A stretch of 64,000 bases of DNA. Source: an uncultured virus (IMG/VR IMGVR_UViG_3300029967_000119) (Duplodnaviria; Heunggongvirae; Uroviricota; Caudoviricetes). Shown one piece after another: positions 17,014-26,044 of the stretch. Within the stretch, counting starts at the first letter, position 1. Every line of letters begins with the position of its first letter. The stretch lies in the IMG/VR virus record IMGVR_UViG_3300029967_000119; one strand, given 5' to 3'. The notes under the pieces were generated by a model, which saw only the letters and a list, made by a program, of their open reading frames with translations, did not search any database and was not told the origin of the DNA. The position numbers were made by a program, and so were the translations under genes.

Positions 17014-18498
17014 CTAGGCATAGGTTACATTCTCTTGCATCTCCATGTCCTTGGCACCTTTGTCTATCTCTGCTGCTTCATGAGTCATGAACTTCACACT
17101 CTTGTATTTGAAAGCTTCAGCTAGAGGGTCATCTTCTATCCTGATGACAATGCCTTCACGTGGCACTTTAGTGCTGCAAAGCGACTCATTCTTCTCAAGG
17201 CCAAACATAGTCTTGATCTCTTCAAATGCATTCTCTTGGAAGTGGCTCTTAGGATCTAAGTCTGGGAACAATGCCTCAGTCTCACCAGACCAGAGCACTT
17301 CAATTGGCATGAGCCAACTTGGTTCTCCAAGCTCTTGCATCAAGTTCTTGGTCCAGTCTCTTACCTCCTCTACTGCCCACTCACACTTAGTTCCATCTTC
17401 ATTAGAAGTTGTGATCCTGTATGGCATGAGCTTGCATTCTCCTAGCTTGCACCCATAGTCATACTTCTGCTGTATGAAAGTCTGAGTCCCAGGAAGGTAT
17501 CCAACAACTTCTCCATACACAGTCATGCCTTGAGGGACATGCTCTTTCATCTTGTCTGCAACCCAGCCCCACACATCGACATCGTAGAAGTCAGTCTTGC
17601 TCTTGTTGACCCACCTGTTCTTTATCACAGAGCGTGAAGACCAGATGTATCTGTAGTCTACTGTGAAGTCATCTCTATGCAATGAGGCAAGAGGCTTTAT
17701 CTTTGCAAGCAAGTTGCCTATGCTCCTGATGAGAGAGAACCTCTTAGGAAGCCTGCACTTGACATTTGCCAATATTATTGAAGTACCATGAAGCTTAGTT
17801 GTAATCACTAACTTGTGGTCTGGCTTGAGCACCTTCTCAATGTTCTTTCCAAGAGGCTGTGTGTCATAGTGGAACATGAACTCTCCTGGAATGATCGTGT
17901 CAAACCTCTTGAGCCTGTTGTTCCTCTTGCTGCCAGCAGTCTTGAAAGTCTTCTCCACTTTGTAAGGCACATATGCTTGCACAAAGAGCAGCCCATCTAC
18001 AGTGTCAAAGTCTTCATCTACATGAGCAGAGAAGTCAAAGTCCTTGAGCTTAGAGCAGAACTTCACTAGCTCATCGACAGTGAACAAGAAGCCAAATGAC
18101 TGTGTGCCTTTGAGCTTGATTGTCCTGACACGACCATTCTTGTTGAAGTACCCAGAGAGCCTCTTCAGCTTCTGCTGCAATGTGGCTTTCTCGTCTTCAT
18201 CTTCTGTCTTCTGTAGAGCTTCATTGGCAGACTTCCAAAGATCATAGTTTGCATTGAGCTCTGGGTCTTGGAACAAGTTGTTCACTCTCAAGAACTCAGA
18301 AGAGAGCTGACACTCATTGGTTGCATAGATCATGATGTCACCAACGGTGACTTGGTCTTTGCGCACGACTATAGTCTGCCCAGCTATCTCTACAGTTCCA
18401 AGGAAGTCTGAGCCTTCAATCGGCTTGACTTCTGGCACCTTGATGACGGTGCAGCAATATTCATGAGTTCCAGTTGAGGAGAAGCTAAGAAGGTTCAT
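17014..18498 (-). CDS. ATP-dependent RNA ligase (Rnl2/DRB0094-like) with N-terminal OB-like domain
   Basis: Nucleotidyltransferase motifs TKLHGTS, YGEVVG, REGIVIR, FKYKS; N-terminal VKPIEGSDFL and TIKLKGTQSFG. Confidence 0.88.
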   Translation of the reverse strand: MNLLSFSSTGTHEYCCTVIKVPEVKPIEGSDFLGTVEIAGQTIVVRKDQVTVGDIMIYATNECQLSSEFLRVNNLFQDPELNANYDLWKSANEALQKTEDEDEKATLQQKLKRLSGYFNKNGRVRTIKLKGTQSFGFLFTVDELVKFCSKLKDFDFSAHVDEDFDTVDGLLFVQAYVPYKVEKTFKTAGSKRNNRLKRFDTIIPGEFMFHYDTQPLGKNIEKVLKPDHKLVITTKLHGTSIILANVKCRLPKRFSLIRSIGNLLAKIKPLASLHRDDFTVDYRYIWSSRSVIKNRWVNKSKTDFYDVDVWGWVADKMKEHVPQGMTVYGEVVGYLPGTQTFIQQKYDYGCKLGECKLMPYRITTSNEDGTKCEWAVEEVRDWTKNLMQELGEPSWLMPIEVLWSGETEALFPDLDPKSHFQENAFEEIKTMFGLEKNESLCSTKVPREGIVIRIEDDPLAEAFKYKSVKFMTHEAAEIDKGAKDMEMQENVTYA

Positions 18499-19051
18499 TG
18501 CTTGGTTCTTTTAAAGTTTCCAAAATTCTAGAGAGCTCATTTGCCTTCTTCTTTGACAAGTCATTGGTGCCTAACAAGATCTCATCAAAGAAGCATATGT
18601 CAAGAGAAGGCTTGAAGATGTAGTTGGTTGCATTCCTGATGCGCTGCCCAAGACTAGGAGTGACAAGATGAAACTCAAGATAAGCTACATCATCCCACTT
18701 GCCAAGGATCATGTTGTGTGCTGGATCAAAGCAGTCACACACATAGAGAGCCATGTCTCTCTCAGGGATGTCAGGTGCAACTACACTTGGGTCATAGATT
18801 CCAGCTTCCTTGTAGCACTCATCAAGTGCAAGAGAGTGAGTTTTGTAAAGCTCTGCCTCGACATAGCTGCTGAACTTCGACTTGTAGCCAAAGATGTACC
18901 TGATGCTGTACCAGAGCCGCTGCAACACTCCAGCCATCTGGTTGAGCCTGACTTCAAAAGTCACATATCCAGACTCAACTTCTTTGTCTTTGGTAGCATA
19001 GACTCGCAGTTGCAAGCTATCATCTTCTGTCAATATCTTTATGTAGTCCAT
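18485..19051 (-). CDS. hypothetical protein with internally duplicated 'QR.....YIF' motif
   Basis: LQRLWYSIRYIFG and GQRIRNATNYIFK. Confidence 0.65.
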   Translation of the reverse strand: MDYIKILTEDDSLQLRVYATKDKEVESGYVTFEVRLNQMAGVLQRLWYSIRYIFGYKSKFSSYVEAELYKTHSLALDECYKEAGIYDPSVVAPDIPERDMALYVCDCFDPAHNMILGKWDDVAYLEFHLVTPSLGQRIRNATNYIFKPSLDICFFDEILLGTNDLSKKKANELSRILETLKEPSNEPS

Positions 19052-19069
19052 ATATCACTTTTTAAAGTT

Positions 19070-19741
19070 TTATTCAGTTGCAACAGAGAGATACATCTCA
19101 TAGAGCTTAGGATGCTTCTCTTGCACAAGATGCATGATCATCTCCTTTCCAGTGTAGAGCCTGTTCTTGATGTTCGACATGTTTGTGTTCTCTGCATCAG
19201 CTATCTCTCTGAGCTTCTTGCCTTTCACAAGCTTGTCATAGAGAACTCTCTTCACCTTTGCATTCTCAACTCGCTCAATCTCACACACTGACACATCATA
19301 CAGCTTCTTGATGATCTCATCTCTGCTCATGAGCTCAAGCTCATTGTCTTCATTCATGACATACTTGTCATCAAGCTCCTCAGCTACATCTACAGATGCC
19401 TTGCTCAGCATTGAGTCATAGCAGTCAGAGATGTCATAGTCAATGTATGCATCTTTCTTCTTCATTGCAAGATATCCCAAACAAACATTCCTGCAAATCC
19501 TGTAAATCCAAGTTGAGAAAGCTCCTTTGTTTGGATCAAAGCTATCTCTCTTGTTCCATGCATTAGAGAAAGACTCTACAATTGCATCCTTTGTTTTGTC
19601 TTCATCTTTCAAGATTCCAAATGCATACTTCTTCAATCCAAAGTAATATCTCACCCAGAGTGCATTGAAGTTTGCATGGCTCTTGTTTTTGTAAAACTCT
19701 CTTGCCAATGCTGCATCTGTCATCTTGTTCTCACTTTTCAT
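19070..19741 (-). CDS. phage-encoded RNA polymerase sigma factor (sigma70/ECF-like)
   Basis: Region 2 FNALWVRY...FDPNKGAFSTWIYRICRN; region 4 KKLREIADAENTNMSNIKNRLY; start ATG 19741 or 19762. Confidence 0.88.
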   Translation of the reverse strand: MKSENKMTDAALAREFYKNKSHANFNALWVRYYFGLKKYAFGILKDEDKTKDAIVESFSNAWNKRDSFDPNKGAFSTWIYRICRNVCLGYLAMKKKDAYIDYDISDCYDSMLSKASVDVAEELDDKYVMNEDNELELMSRDEIIKKLYDVSVCEIERVENAKVKRVLYDKLVKGKKLREIADAENTNMSNIKNRLYTGKEMIMHLVQEKHPKLYEMYLSVATE

Positions 19742-19762
19742 ATGTAGTTTGTTTTTTGTCAT

Positions 19763-19800
19763 TGCAAATATAACACTTTTTCTTGAAATGTGAAAATCTT
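19763..19800 (-). promoter_or_regulatory. Bacteroidota sigma-A-type promoter (TATATTTG) driving the sigma factor gene
   Basis: Plus strand tgcaaatataacactttttcttgaaatgtgaaaatctt. Confidence 0.75.
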
Positions 19801-19821
19801 TCCTAAAATTTTTGAGAAATC

Positions 19822-20892
19822 TTAGAACCCAATCTTCTTAGACTTCTTGGTGTGGTCATTGTCATTGAAGTTGTAGATGTCTGCTAAAGTCATAGGTCCA
19901 TCACACTTGCTTCCATCAAATCCAAGCTTGTCAAGCAGTGCAGCAGACTTCTCTTCACACAGTGGCTTGAACTCATAGTTGATGATGCACCTGCCTTTCC
20001 TGAGCAGAGCTTGGTCAATGTCTGCTGTAGAAGCATTGAATGTGCAGATGAACTTAATGTTGAAGATGTCAGAGAGGAGACCATCAGTCATGTTCAAGAT
20101 GTCAGACACTGCTCCTATTGGTGAGTCTGTGTCTCTGGACTCTATGAGCTCTTCACAGTCTTCAAGGATGAAGATTGAGTCTTTCTCATCAAGCAAGAAC
20201 TCTGTGAATGCCGGGTCTGTCATTGCCCTGCCTACACTGGGAGGTATGATGACAAATGACTTGTTAGTTGTGTTGATGATGTGCCTGATGTATGAAGTCT
20301 TGCCTGTGCCTGGGTCTCCATGGAGTATGCACAGGCCGCTTGACTTCTCTTTCAAGAAGCTCTGCATCTTCTTGTCCATCTCTATGATGTCATCATTGTA
20401 CTGTGCACCAAGGTCCATCTCCATCTGCCTGATCTTTGCACTTGTCGTGAAGTAAGTCCCACCTGCAAAGCCAATGACAGACACCTTCTTCATGAAAGTC
20501 TCTTCTTTCTTTTCCAAGACAGATGAGATGACATCATAGACATGCTTGCAGTTCACTCTCTTGTTGTCATACACAATGTTCATCCATCCTGGATACACAC
20601 TTGAGCACCATCCATCATCATAGACAAAGAAGCCAGACCTTGGCTCTGAGTCTTCATCATCTTCATATTCATTGGTGAAGAATGCAAAGCCTGCATTTGG
20701 AAACTGTACTTTGATCTTTGCAATGTCTTCATTGCTCAAGTCAACAGAGACTGGATCTTTGAAGTTGTTAGAGTATGATGAAGGGACAATTCCTGGGTTC
20801 ATTGTGCAGAAGAATGATGTCGTTGGAAAGTCAGATAGTGCACCAGTGCTAACCCCAAACACTTTCAAGAAGTCAAGAATCCTTGTATTCAT
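19822..20892 (-). CDS. AAA+ ATPase
   Basis: Walker A LHGDPGTGKTS, Walker B FILEDCE, LNMTDG, DQALLRKGR. Confidence 0.88.
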   Translation of the reverse strand: MNTRILDFLKVFGVSTGALSDFPTTSFFCTMNPGIVPSSYSNNFKDPVSVDLSNEDIAKIKVQFPNAGFAFFTNEYEDDEDSEPRSGFFVYDDGWCSSVYPGWMNIVYDNKRVNCKHVYDVISSVLEKKEETFMKKVSVIGFAGGTYFTTSAKIRQMEMDLGAQYNDDIIEMDKKMQSFLKEKSSGLCILHGDPGTGKTSYIRHIINTTNKSFVIIPPSVGRAMTDPAFTEFLLDEKDSIFILEDCEELIESRDTDSPIGAVSDILNMTDGLLSDIFNIKFICTFNASTADIDQALLRKGRCIINYEFKPLCEEKSAALLDKLGFDGSKCDGPMTLADIYNFNDNDHTKKSKKIGF

Positions 20893-20896
20893 ATGC

Positions 20897-22816
20897 TTAG
20901 TTATTATAAGTCAATATCTTGAGACCAAGCTTCTGTGCTTTCAACATCTTAGATGAAGTTGAATCTAGAGAGTCTGTGAAGAGCACTTGAGCATCAGACC
21001 ACTTTGTAGTCTCTATATATTGTGGATGGGCATTGAGCCACTCTGACTTTGTCTTCCAGCCAGAGCTTGCTGGGCTTCCGGTCAAAATGACTTTGATCTT
21101 CTCAATATCTTCATCTGTCCTAACATTGTCTTTGCTCATCTTGTCCTTGATGAACTGCCAAGTCTGCCCTCCTAGCTCAAGATGCTTCTTCACCGCATCA
21201 TATGCAAACTTGACAACTTCTTCGCTCATGCCTTTGGTATCTGGCTCTCTGCCACAGAGCATCTCTGCAACTATAGCTGAGGTCTTCTCGCCGCAGCTTG
21301 GCAAGCACATGCCTAGCACGGCATCACCCACACTCATTGTCTCTCTGTGCTCCTTGAGAGCTTCAATGATGTTGTCTCTTGTCTTAGACTTCTCCAAGTT
21401 GCTCTCTACCGCCTTGAGGCCGCTGTCATCCATCAAGTCCATGATATACTCTGGCCGTCCACATGACTCATAGAGCATCTCTGCAACACTTGGCCCTATG
21501 CCTTTCACTTTGAGTGCTCTGGCAGAAGCCAAGAACTTCTCTCTTTGTGCATCATCTTCAGATGACTTCTTCATGAGATGGATCTCATCTTGGACATCTC
21601 CATCAGCTGGCAACCCGACCTCTATCTTCTCAAGAGCATCACTAGGTGTCTCTATCACTCCATACAAGAAGGGAATGATGTCGCCAGCAAGAGAGACTTG
21701 CACCCTTGCTCCTTCAGTGATTCTGTGCTCTATGACATATCCATAGTTGTGTAAGCTCACTCGTGACACGACCTTGCCATCCATCTTTACAGGAGTAAGA
21801 TGTGCAACTGGGTAGTACTCACCACTCTTGCCTACATTCCATTCAATGCCTTCTACTATTGTCTCCACTATGGTCGGCTTGAACTTCACAGCGACACAGT
21901 CTTCTTGGCGCTCACGTGTCATGTCTTGGAGTCTGAAATGAACAGCAGGCTTGATGACAAACCCATCAAGAGCAAATGGACAATTTTCACGAACATGTTC
22001 AAATATCTTGTATATTTTTTCAAGTTTTGCGTCATACTTCAAGCCAACCATAGCTGGCCTAGCCATGATGCCAGGCAGCCAGTCTCTGTCTTTGTTGAGG
22101 TAGTCAAGCTCTGCAACTACACCATTGTCACAGACCACTCTATAGTCATAACACACAAAAGAGAGGTCATCTCTGATCTCCATCTGCTCTGGTGTGCCTA
22201 TCCAGTCTTGGCCAAGCACACCTGCTACAAATGATCTTGGGTTTGCAAAGTTGCTGTACTTCTCTTCAAATACGCTCTTTTTGATGAGGCACTCTCCACG
22301 AACTACAAGAGCAATCTCATAGTCTGCATCAGCAGGGTCTTCATGGTCAAGCCACTCAACAACCCTCTCATTGAAGTATCTTGCGAACTCGCCTAAAAAC
22401 CATGGCTTGATGTCTTTGCCCCACTCTCCATCACCTCTTGTTGAGACACTCTGCAAGCTGCAGTCTGGCAAGCTTATCACTGCTTCAAATGAGCACCCAT
22501 CATACTTTGGAGTCACTTCAAAGCTCCAGAGAGGATCACCATACATCCTAGACTTCCTCAAGTATGAGCGGACTTGCTCTTGAAGCTCATCCCAGTTGAC
22601 ATTGTGATCTCTGTCTTCTTTCACCTGTACTTTAGAGAGGCTGCCCATGATAAATGGGTGCTTCACTGTGTACTCAGATGAATGGTGTGTCCCTACATAC
22701 CCACTGTTCTCTAGCCCAATGTCTGACTCAAGCTTGTCAAACTCTTGGTCAGACATTAGAGGCTCACCATTATAGTAAGCCTCTTTTGCTCTGTCATAAA
22801 GTTCATTGTTGCTCAT
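20897..22816 (-). CDS. ligA: NAD-dependent DNA ligase
   Basis: AYYNGEPLMSDQEFD, MGSLSK, TPKYDG, STRGDG, VRGE, NPRSFVAG, DGFVIK, HhH KGIGPS, BRCT; start ATG 22816. Confidence 0.95.
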   Translation of the reverse strand: MSNNELYDRAKEAYYNGEPLMSDQEFDKLESDIGLENSGYVGTHHSSEYTVKHPFIMGSLSKVQVKEDRDHNVNWDELQEQVRSYLRKSRMYGDPLWSFEVTPKYDGCSFEAVISLPDCSLQSVSTRGDGEWGKDIKPWFLGEFARYFNERVVEWLDHEDPADADYEIALVVRGECLIKKSVFEEKYSNFANPRSFVAGVLGQDWIGTPEQMEIRDDLSFVCYDYRVVCDNGVVAELDYLNKDRDWLPGIMARPAMVGLKYDAKLEKIYKIFEHVRENCPFALDGFVIKPAVHFRLQDMTRERQEDCVAVKFKPTIVETIVEGIEWNVGKSGEYYPVAHLTPVKMDGKVVSRVSLHNYGYVIEHRITEGARVQVSLAGDIIPFLYGVIETPSDALEKIEVGLPADGDVQDEIHLMKKSSEDDAQREKFLASARALKVKGIGPSVAEMLYESCGRPEYIMDLMDDSGLKAVESNLEKSKTRDNIIEALKEHRETMSVGDAVLGMCLPSCGEKTSAIVAEMLCGREPDTKGMSEEVVKFAYDAVKKHLELGGQTWQFIKDKMSKDNVRTDEDIEKIKVILTGSPASSGWKTKSEWLNAHPQYIETTKWSDAQVLFTDSLDSTSSKMLKAQKLGLKILTYNN

Positions 22817-22820
22817 CTCT

Positions 22821-23132
22821 CTAGTCAACTTTCTTAGTGAAATGGTAGACCGTGTCCGCCTGCACATTTTCAAGAGATCTCATGTCTTGGCTTGTGACTA
22901 TCTCTACCTTAGTCTCATAGTCTTCGGTAGATACTTTGAGCTCTTTTGTCAAGTTGTTGATGTTCACAACTGCCATTGTAAATGCCAATGTAGCATTTGC
23001 AAACAAGATCCATGCCCAGAACACCAGATGGTCTCCTTTCTTCTCATGAAGCCCAATTGCTGCACATCCACCCCAGAATGACAAGCATAATGTCATGATG
23101 TTCAAGACAATGACTGAAATCTCAAGTCCCAT
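22821..23132 (-). CDS. small membrane protein (two predicted TM segments)
   Basis: Hydrophobic segments at residues ~5-28 and ~36-58. Confidence 0.6.
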   Translation of the reverse strand: MGLEISVIVLNIMTLCLSFWGGCAAIGLHEKKGDHLVFWAWILFANATLAFTMAVVNINNLTKELKVSTEDYETKVEIVTSQDMRSLENVQADTVYHFTKKVD

Positions 23133-23153
23133 ATATAGTTCCTCCTTCCTTAG

Positions 23154-23429
23154 TTAATGTTTCTTCTCTAATTTCTCAAGCTCTTCAAGAAGCAATGCTT
23201 TGTGGAGTGTTGACTCTTTCAGAACACATGACACAATGCACATCGTCTTGTTCAGAGCATCCATTGTGTCTTCTGAGAAGTTGTACTCTCTCACAACTAG
23301 GATTGCGTCATTGAGGAGAGCTAAGTCTTCTCTGTACTTCTGCATCCGTGCATCTTCAGACTTGATGTCTTGTGTGATCTTTTCTATCTGCTCAGAAGTC
23401 TCCATGTCTAGATCAAGTTCAAGAGCCAT
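23154..23429 (-). CDS. hypothetical coiled-coil protein
   Basis: 91-aa ORF in operon context. Confidence 0.6.
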   Translation of the reverse strand: MALELDLDMETSEQIEKITQDIKSEDARMQKYREDLALLNDAILVVREYNFSEDTMDALNKTMCIVSCVLKESTLHKALLLEELEKLEKKH

Positions 23430-23590
23430 GCAAACACTGCTACAAGAGCTGCATTCTGCAAGAATCCCAAGAAGTAAGGCTTCAGGCTCTTGATACCTTT
23501 GCTGTCATCTTTGCTGTCAAATCCAAACAACACAACAAGCAGAACTTCAATCACTGCTGCAATGAGAAGTATGAAAATCAATGCTTTCAT
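23408..23590 (-). CDS. small two-TM membrane protein
   Basis: 60-aa ORF immediately downstream of a TATATTTG promoter. Confidence 0.6.
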   Translation of the reverse strand: MKALIFILLIAAVIEVLLVVLFGFDSKDDSKGIKSLKPYFLGFLQNAALVAVFAWLLNLI

Positions 23591-23610
23591 CTTGCTTTGT
23601 TTTTATCTGT

Positions 23611-23648
23611 TGCAAATATAACAAAAGCTTTCGAACCTGTGAAATCTT
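23611..23648 (-). promoter_or_regulatory. Bacteroidota sigma-A-type promoter (TATATTTG)
   Basis: Plus strand tgcaaatataacaaaagctttcgaacctgtgaaatctt. Confidence 0.75.
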
Positions 23649-23665
23649 CTTGAGAATTTTTGCAA

Positions 23666-23926
23666 CTACCTCTCAATTGCATTCTCTATCTTCTCAGCTG
23701 TCTGCAAGAAGGCTTTCAGCTCATAGATGACGCTGTTCATAGAGACACCTAATGTCTCTTCAGCATACTTGCCTCCATGCGGCCATTGCCTGCTCTCTTG
23801 GCGATGTTCCCTAAGCATTGCTATTGCTTCTTCAGCTTCTCTTGCTTTCTCTATAGCGCTCTCTAGAAGCCGCTCATATTGGATCTCTAGAGCTTTCATC
23901 TTCTCTGCACTGATGTTCTTTTCCAT
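23666..23926 (-). CDS. hypothetical protein
   Basis: 86-aa helical ORF ending in TAG. Confidence 0.6.
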   Translation of the reverse strand: MEKNISAEKMKALEIQYERLLESAIEKAREAEEAIAMLREHRQESRQWPHGGKYAEETLGVSMNSVIYELKAFLQTAEKIENAIER

Positions 23927-23932
23927 ATGTCT

Positions 23933-24553
23933 TTAGTCTTCTTTGCAATAATACAAGAGTGTTGGGTTATTGGTGTGCACATCTATCAAGCTGTATGCTT
24001 GCCTGAATATGCTCAAGTCAAATGCTCTAGTGATGAGATGCACACCATGCACAGTCAGCACGCTGCCTAGCACTTTCTTGTTGTCAAATGGCCTACACTC
24101 TTTCTCAATGAACTCCTCTATCTCATCAGCTCTGCCAGCCATGTCATCATCCAAGTCGACAACCCATCTCTTGTCTTTGTATGTCTTCCCAGCTGCTGCC
24201 TCAAACAAGTTCCTGAATCCAGAGAAGTTCTGGTCAACATACATTGAAGTGCACTCCTTGAGCATCTCTCCAGCTACACCTTTCCAAGTCCTGATAGCAG
24301 GATGGATGTATGCTCGTGCATTAGTCAGCTTGCAGATTGCCTTGATCTCTTGCTCTTTCAAGAAGAGCTCATCTCTAGACCTAATGGCATAGCTCTTCAC
24401 AAGCCTGTTCTTGTTGTTGCCACTCTGCTCTCTGTTGCCATCTTTCTTCCGTATGAGCAGCTGCACAAAGAAGAAGTGTTGACCATCATCTTCCTCAGAT
24501 GGCCATTCAAGAAGCTCTGACATGAGCTTGAAGTTGTCTACATCTTTCATCAT
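23933..24553 (-). CDS. hypothetical phage protein with primase-polymerase-like motifs (hhDhD...TxxGxH)
   Basis: WVVDLDDD and TVHGVHLIT; true start ATG 24553 (MMKDVDNF) since the track's extension overlaps the tmRNA. Confidence 0.65.
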   Translation of the reverse strand: MMKDVDNFKLMSELLEWPSEEDDGQHFFFVQLLIRKKDGNREQSGNNKNRLVKSYAIRSRDELFLKEQEIKAICKLTNARAYIHPAIRTWKGVAGEMLKECTSMYVDQNFSGFRNLFEAAAGKTYKDKRWVVDLDDDMAGRADEIEEFIEKECRPFDNKKVLGSVLTVHGVHLITRAFDLSIFRQAYSLIDVHTNNPTLLYYCKED

Positions 24554-24555
24554 GC

Positions 24556-24590
24556 TACAAATATAACAAAAACTTTTGAGACTTGCACCA
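24556..24590 (-). promoter_or_regulatory. Bacteroidota sigma-A-type promoter (TATATTTG), probably giving a leaderless mRNA
   Basis: caaatata at 24558-24565, four nt from ATG 24553. Confidence 0.65.
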
Positions 24591-24599
24591 TCCTTGCCT

Positions 24600-24635
24600 A
24601 AAAAAGAGGAGCTAAAGTCTCTCAAGCTCCTCTTC
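24600..24635 (-). terminator. intrinsic terminator after tmRNA
   Basis: Minus strand AAGAGGAGCT...AGCTCCTCTT followed by a T-run. Confidence 0.75.
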
Positions 24636-24645
24636 CTAAAGTTTG

Positions 24646-25042
24646 TGGAGATGGGCGGAGTCGAACCGCCGTCCAAACAAAGTCCCATGCAGCTTTCTCC
24701 ATGCTCAGTCATCACTTTCTTGCTTCATCTTACACCTGCTGTGATGCATAGCTCCATGCAAGCATATCTCTTTGTCTTAGCAGAGCCTAAGAGAGTCAGC
24801 TCTGAGCATCTGTCTGAAATGATGCCTCTTTGCCAAGCCAAGACAGAATGAGGCTTGAGAGACACTCGTCTAAGCCGCAGCCTAGGCAACCTAGATTAAG
24901 CTAATGTGACATCGTCAGATTAAGCAGCGAGTGCGTAGCTGTTGTCAGCAGTTGTTGTTTAGAAGTCAGATTTACGAGCGTACTTCCAATGCTCGGCATG
25001 CTTGCCGCACAAAATCAATGCTGTCAAAACCAGAACATCCCC
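24646..25042 (-). ncRNA. ssrA: tmRNA (transfer-messenger RNA)
   Basis: 5' GGGGATGTTCTGGTTTTGAC; 3' GGACGGCGGTTCGACTCCGCCCATCTCCA with G3-U70 Ala identity pair; tag frame 24949-24920 GCT GAC AAC AGC TAC GCA CTC GCT GCT TAA = ADNSYALAA. Confidence 0.95.
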
Positions 25043-25085
25043 AATATGAGTCAAAGAACTTATCAAATTTATAAAGCACAGCCCG

Positions 25086-26027
25086 CTAAATGTCTCCCAT
25101 CAGCCTTGCAACACATGATGTCAATGCATAGTAGAAGTGGTCTAAGCTGCCATTGTTCTCTACACAAGCATTATATGAAGAGAGCGGAAGCTTGGTGCGT
25201 GACTTGTCACGGTCTCTCCTCTCATCAGATATAGTGTTGAGGTCTTCTCTTGTGATGTATATTGACTTGATGTTGAACTGGTCTCCAAACCTCTTCTTCA
25301 AGTCTATGAGTCCATCTTCATCAATGACATACAAGAATGTGTCTCTCTCAGACATAGTCAAGTCAGCAAGAGGGACCCAGTACTCATAGTTGCCATACTT
25401 AGTATATGCAAGTATGTCGTCATGGCTGATGTTGCACTTCTTCTTGAACCAATGGTCAATCCCATCTGCCTCATCATCACGCATTGGCCTTGTTGTGCAA
25501 GAGCAGAGCACATGCAAGCTAAGGTTCCATGCAACTGCAAAAGTGCCGCATGTCTTGCCTGCACCTGAAGGGCCAACTAAGCAGATGATCTTCTTCCTGA
25601 AGTCTATTGTATTGCTCTTCTCATGCTGCCAGAGCATGTCATTGATTGTTCCATCAAGGTCAAGCACTCCATGCCATGGAGCCCACAAGTCATAGTGCAT
25701 ATCACCATTGACGCCTATGTTAGGCTCTCCTAGGCTTCTCCATGTGCCATCTACAGTAAGCGCAAACTTTTCTATGAATGGTCCTTCATCTCCTATCACC
25801 TCTCCGTGGATTATGTAAGGAGTCTCTGCGGACCACTCCTCATTGTTTTGAGCACAAGCCACTTCCCAGTGGGTCAAGTCTTCTTCACTTGCTTTAGCCC
25901 ATGGCACAGCATCAATGAACTTCACTTTGTATGCTCTGCTGTTGCTCAAGATGTTTCTCTCATAAGCCAAGACAATGTCACCTTTGCCTAGCTCTTCTAG
26001 CATGTCTCTCCAGTTGTGTTCCATCAT
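25086..26027 (-). CDS. guanylate kinase-like domain fused to an unknown N-terminal domain
   Basis: LVGPSGAGKT, TTRPMRDDEADGIDHWF, YGNYEY in the C-terminal ~175 aa. Confidence 0.8.
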   Translation of the reverse strand: MMEHNWRDMLEELGKGDIVLAYERNILSNSRAYKVKFIDAVPWAKASEEDLTHWEVACAQNNEEWSAETPYIIHGEVIGDEGPFIEKFALTVDGTWRSLGEPNIGVNGDMHYDLWAPWHGVLDLDGTINDMLWQHEKSNTIDFRKKIICLVGPSGAGKTCGTFAVAWNLSLHVLCSCTTRPMRDDEADGIDHWFKKKCNISHDDILAYTKYGNYEYWVPLADLTMSERDTFLYVIDEDGLIDLKKRFGDQFNIKSIYITREDLNTISDERRDRDKSRTKLPLSSYNACVENNGSLDHFYYALTSCVARLMGDI

Positions 26028-26044
26028 GTCTTTGTCCTCTAAGT

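Noticed and set aside
24554..24715. N-terminal extension of track ORF 23933-24715
   Set aside because: Overlaps the tmRNA 3' end, its terminator and a promoter; real start is about 24553.
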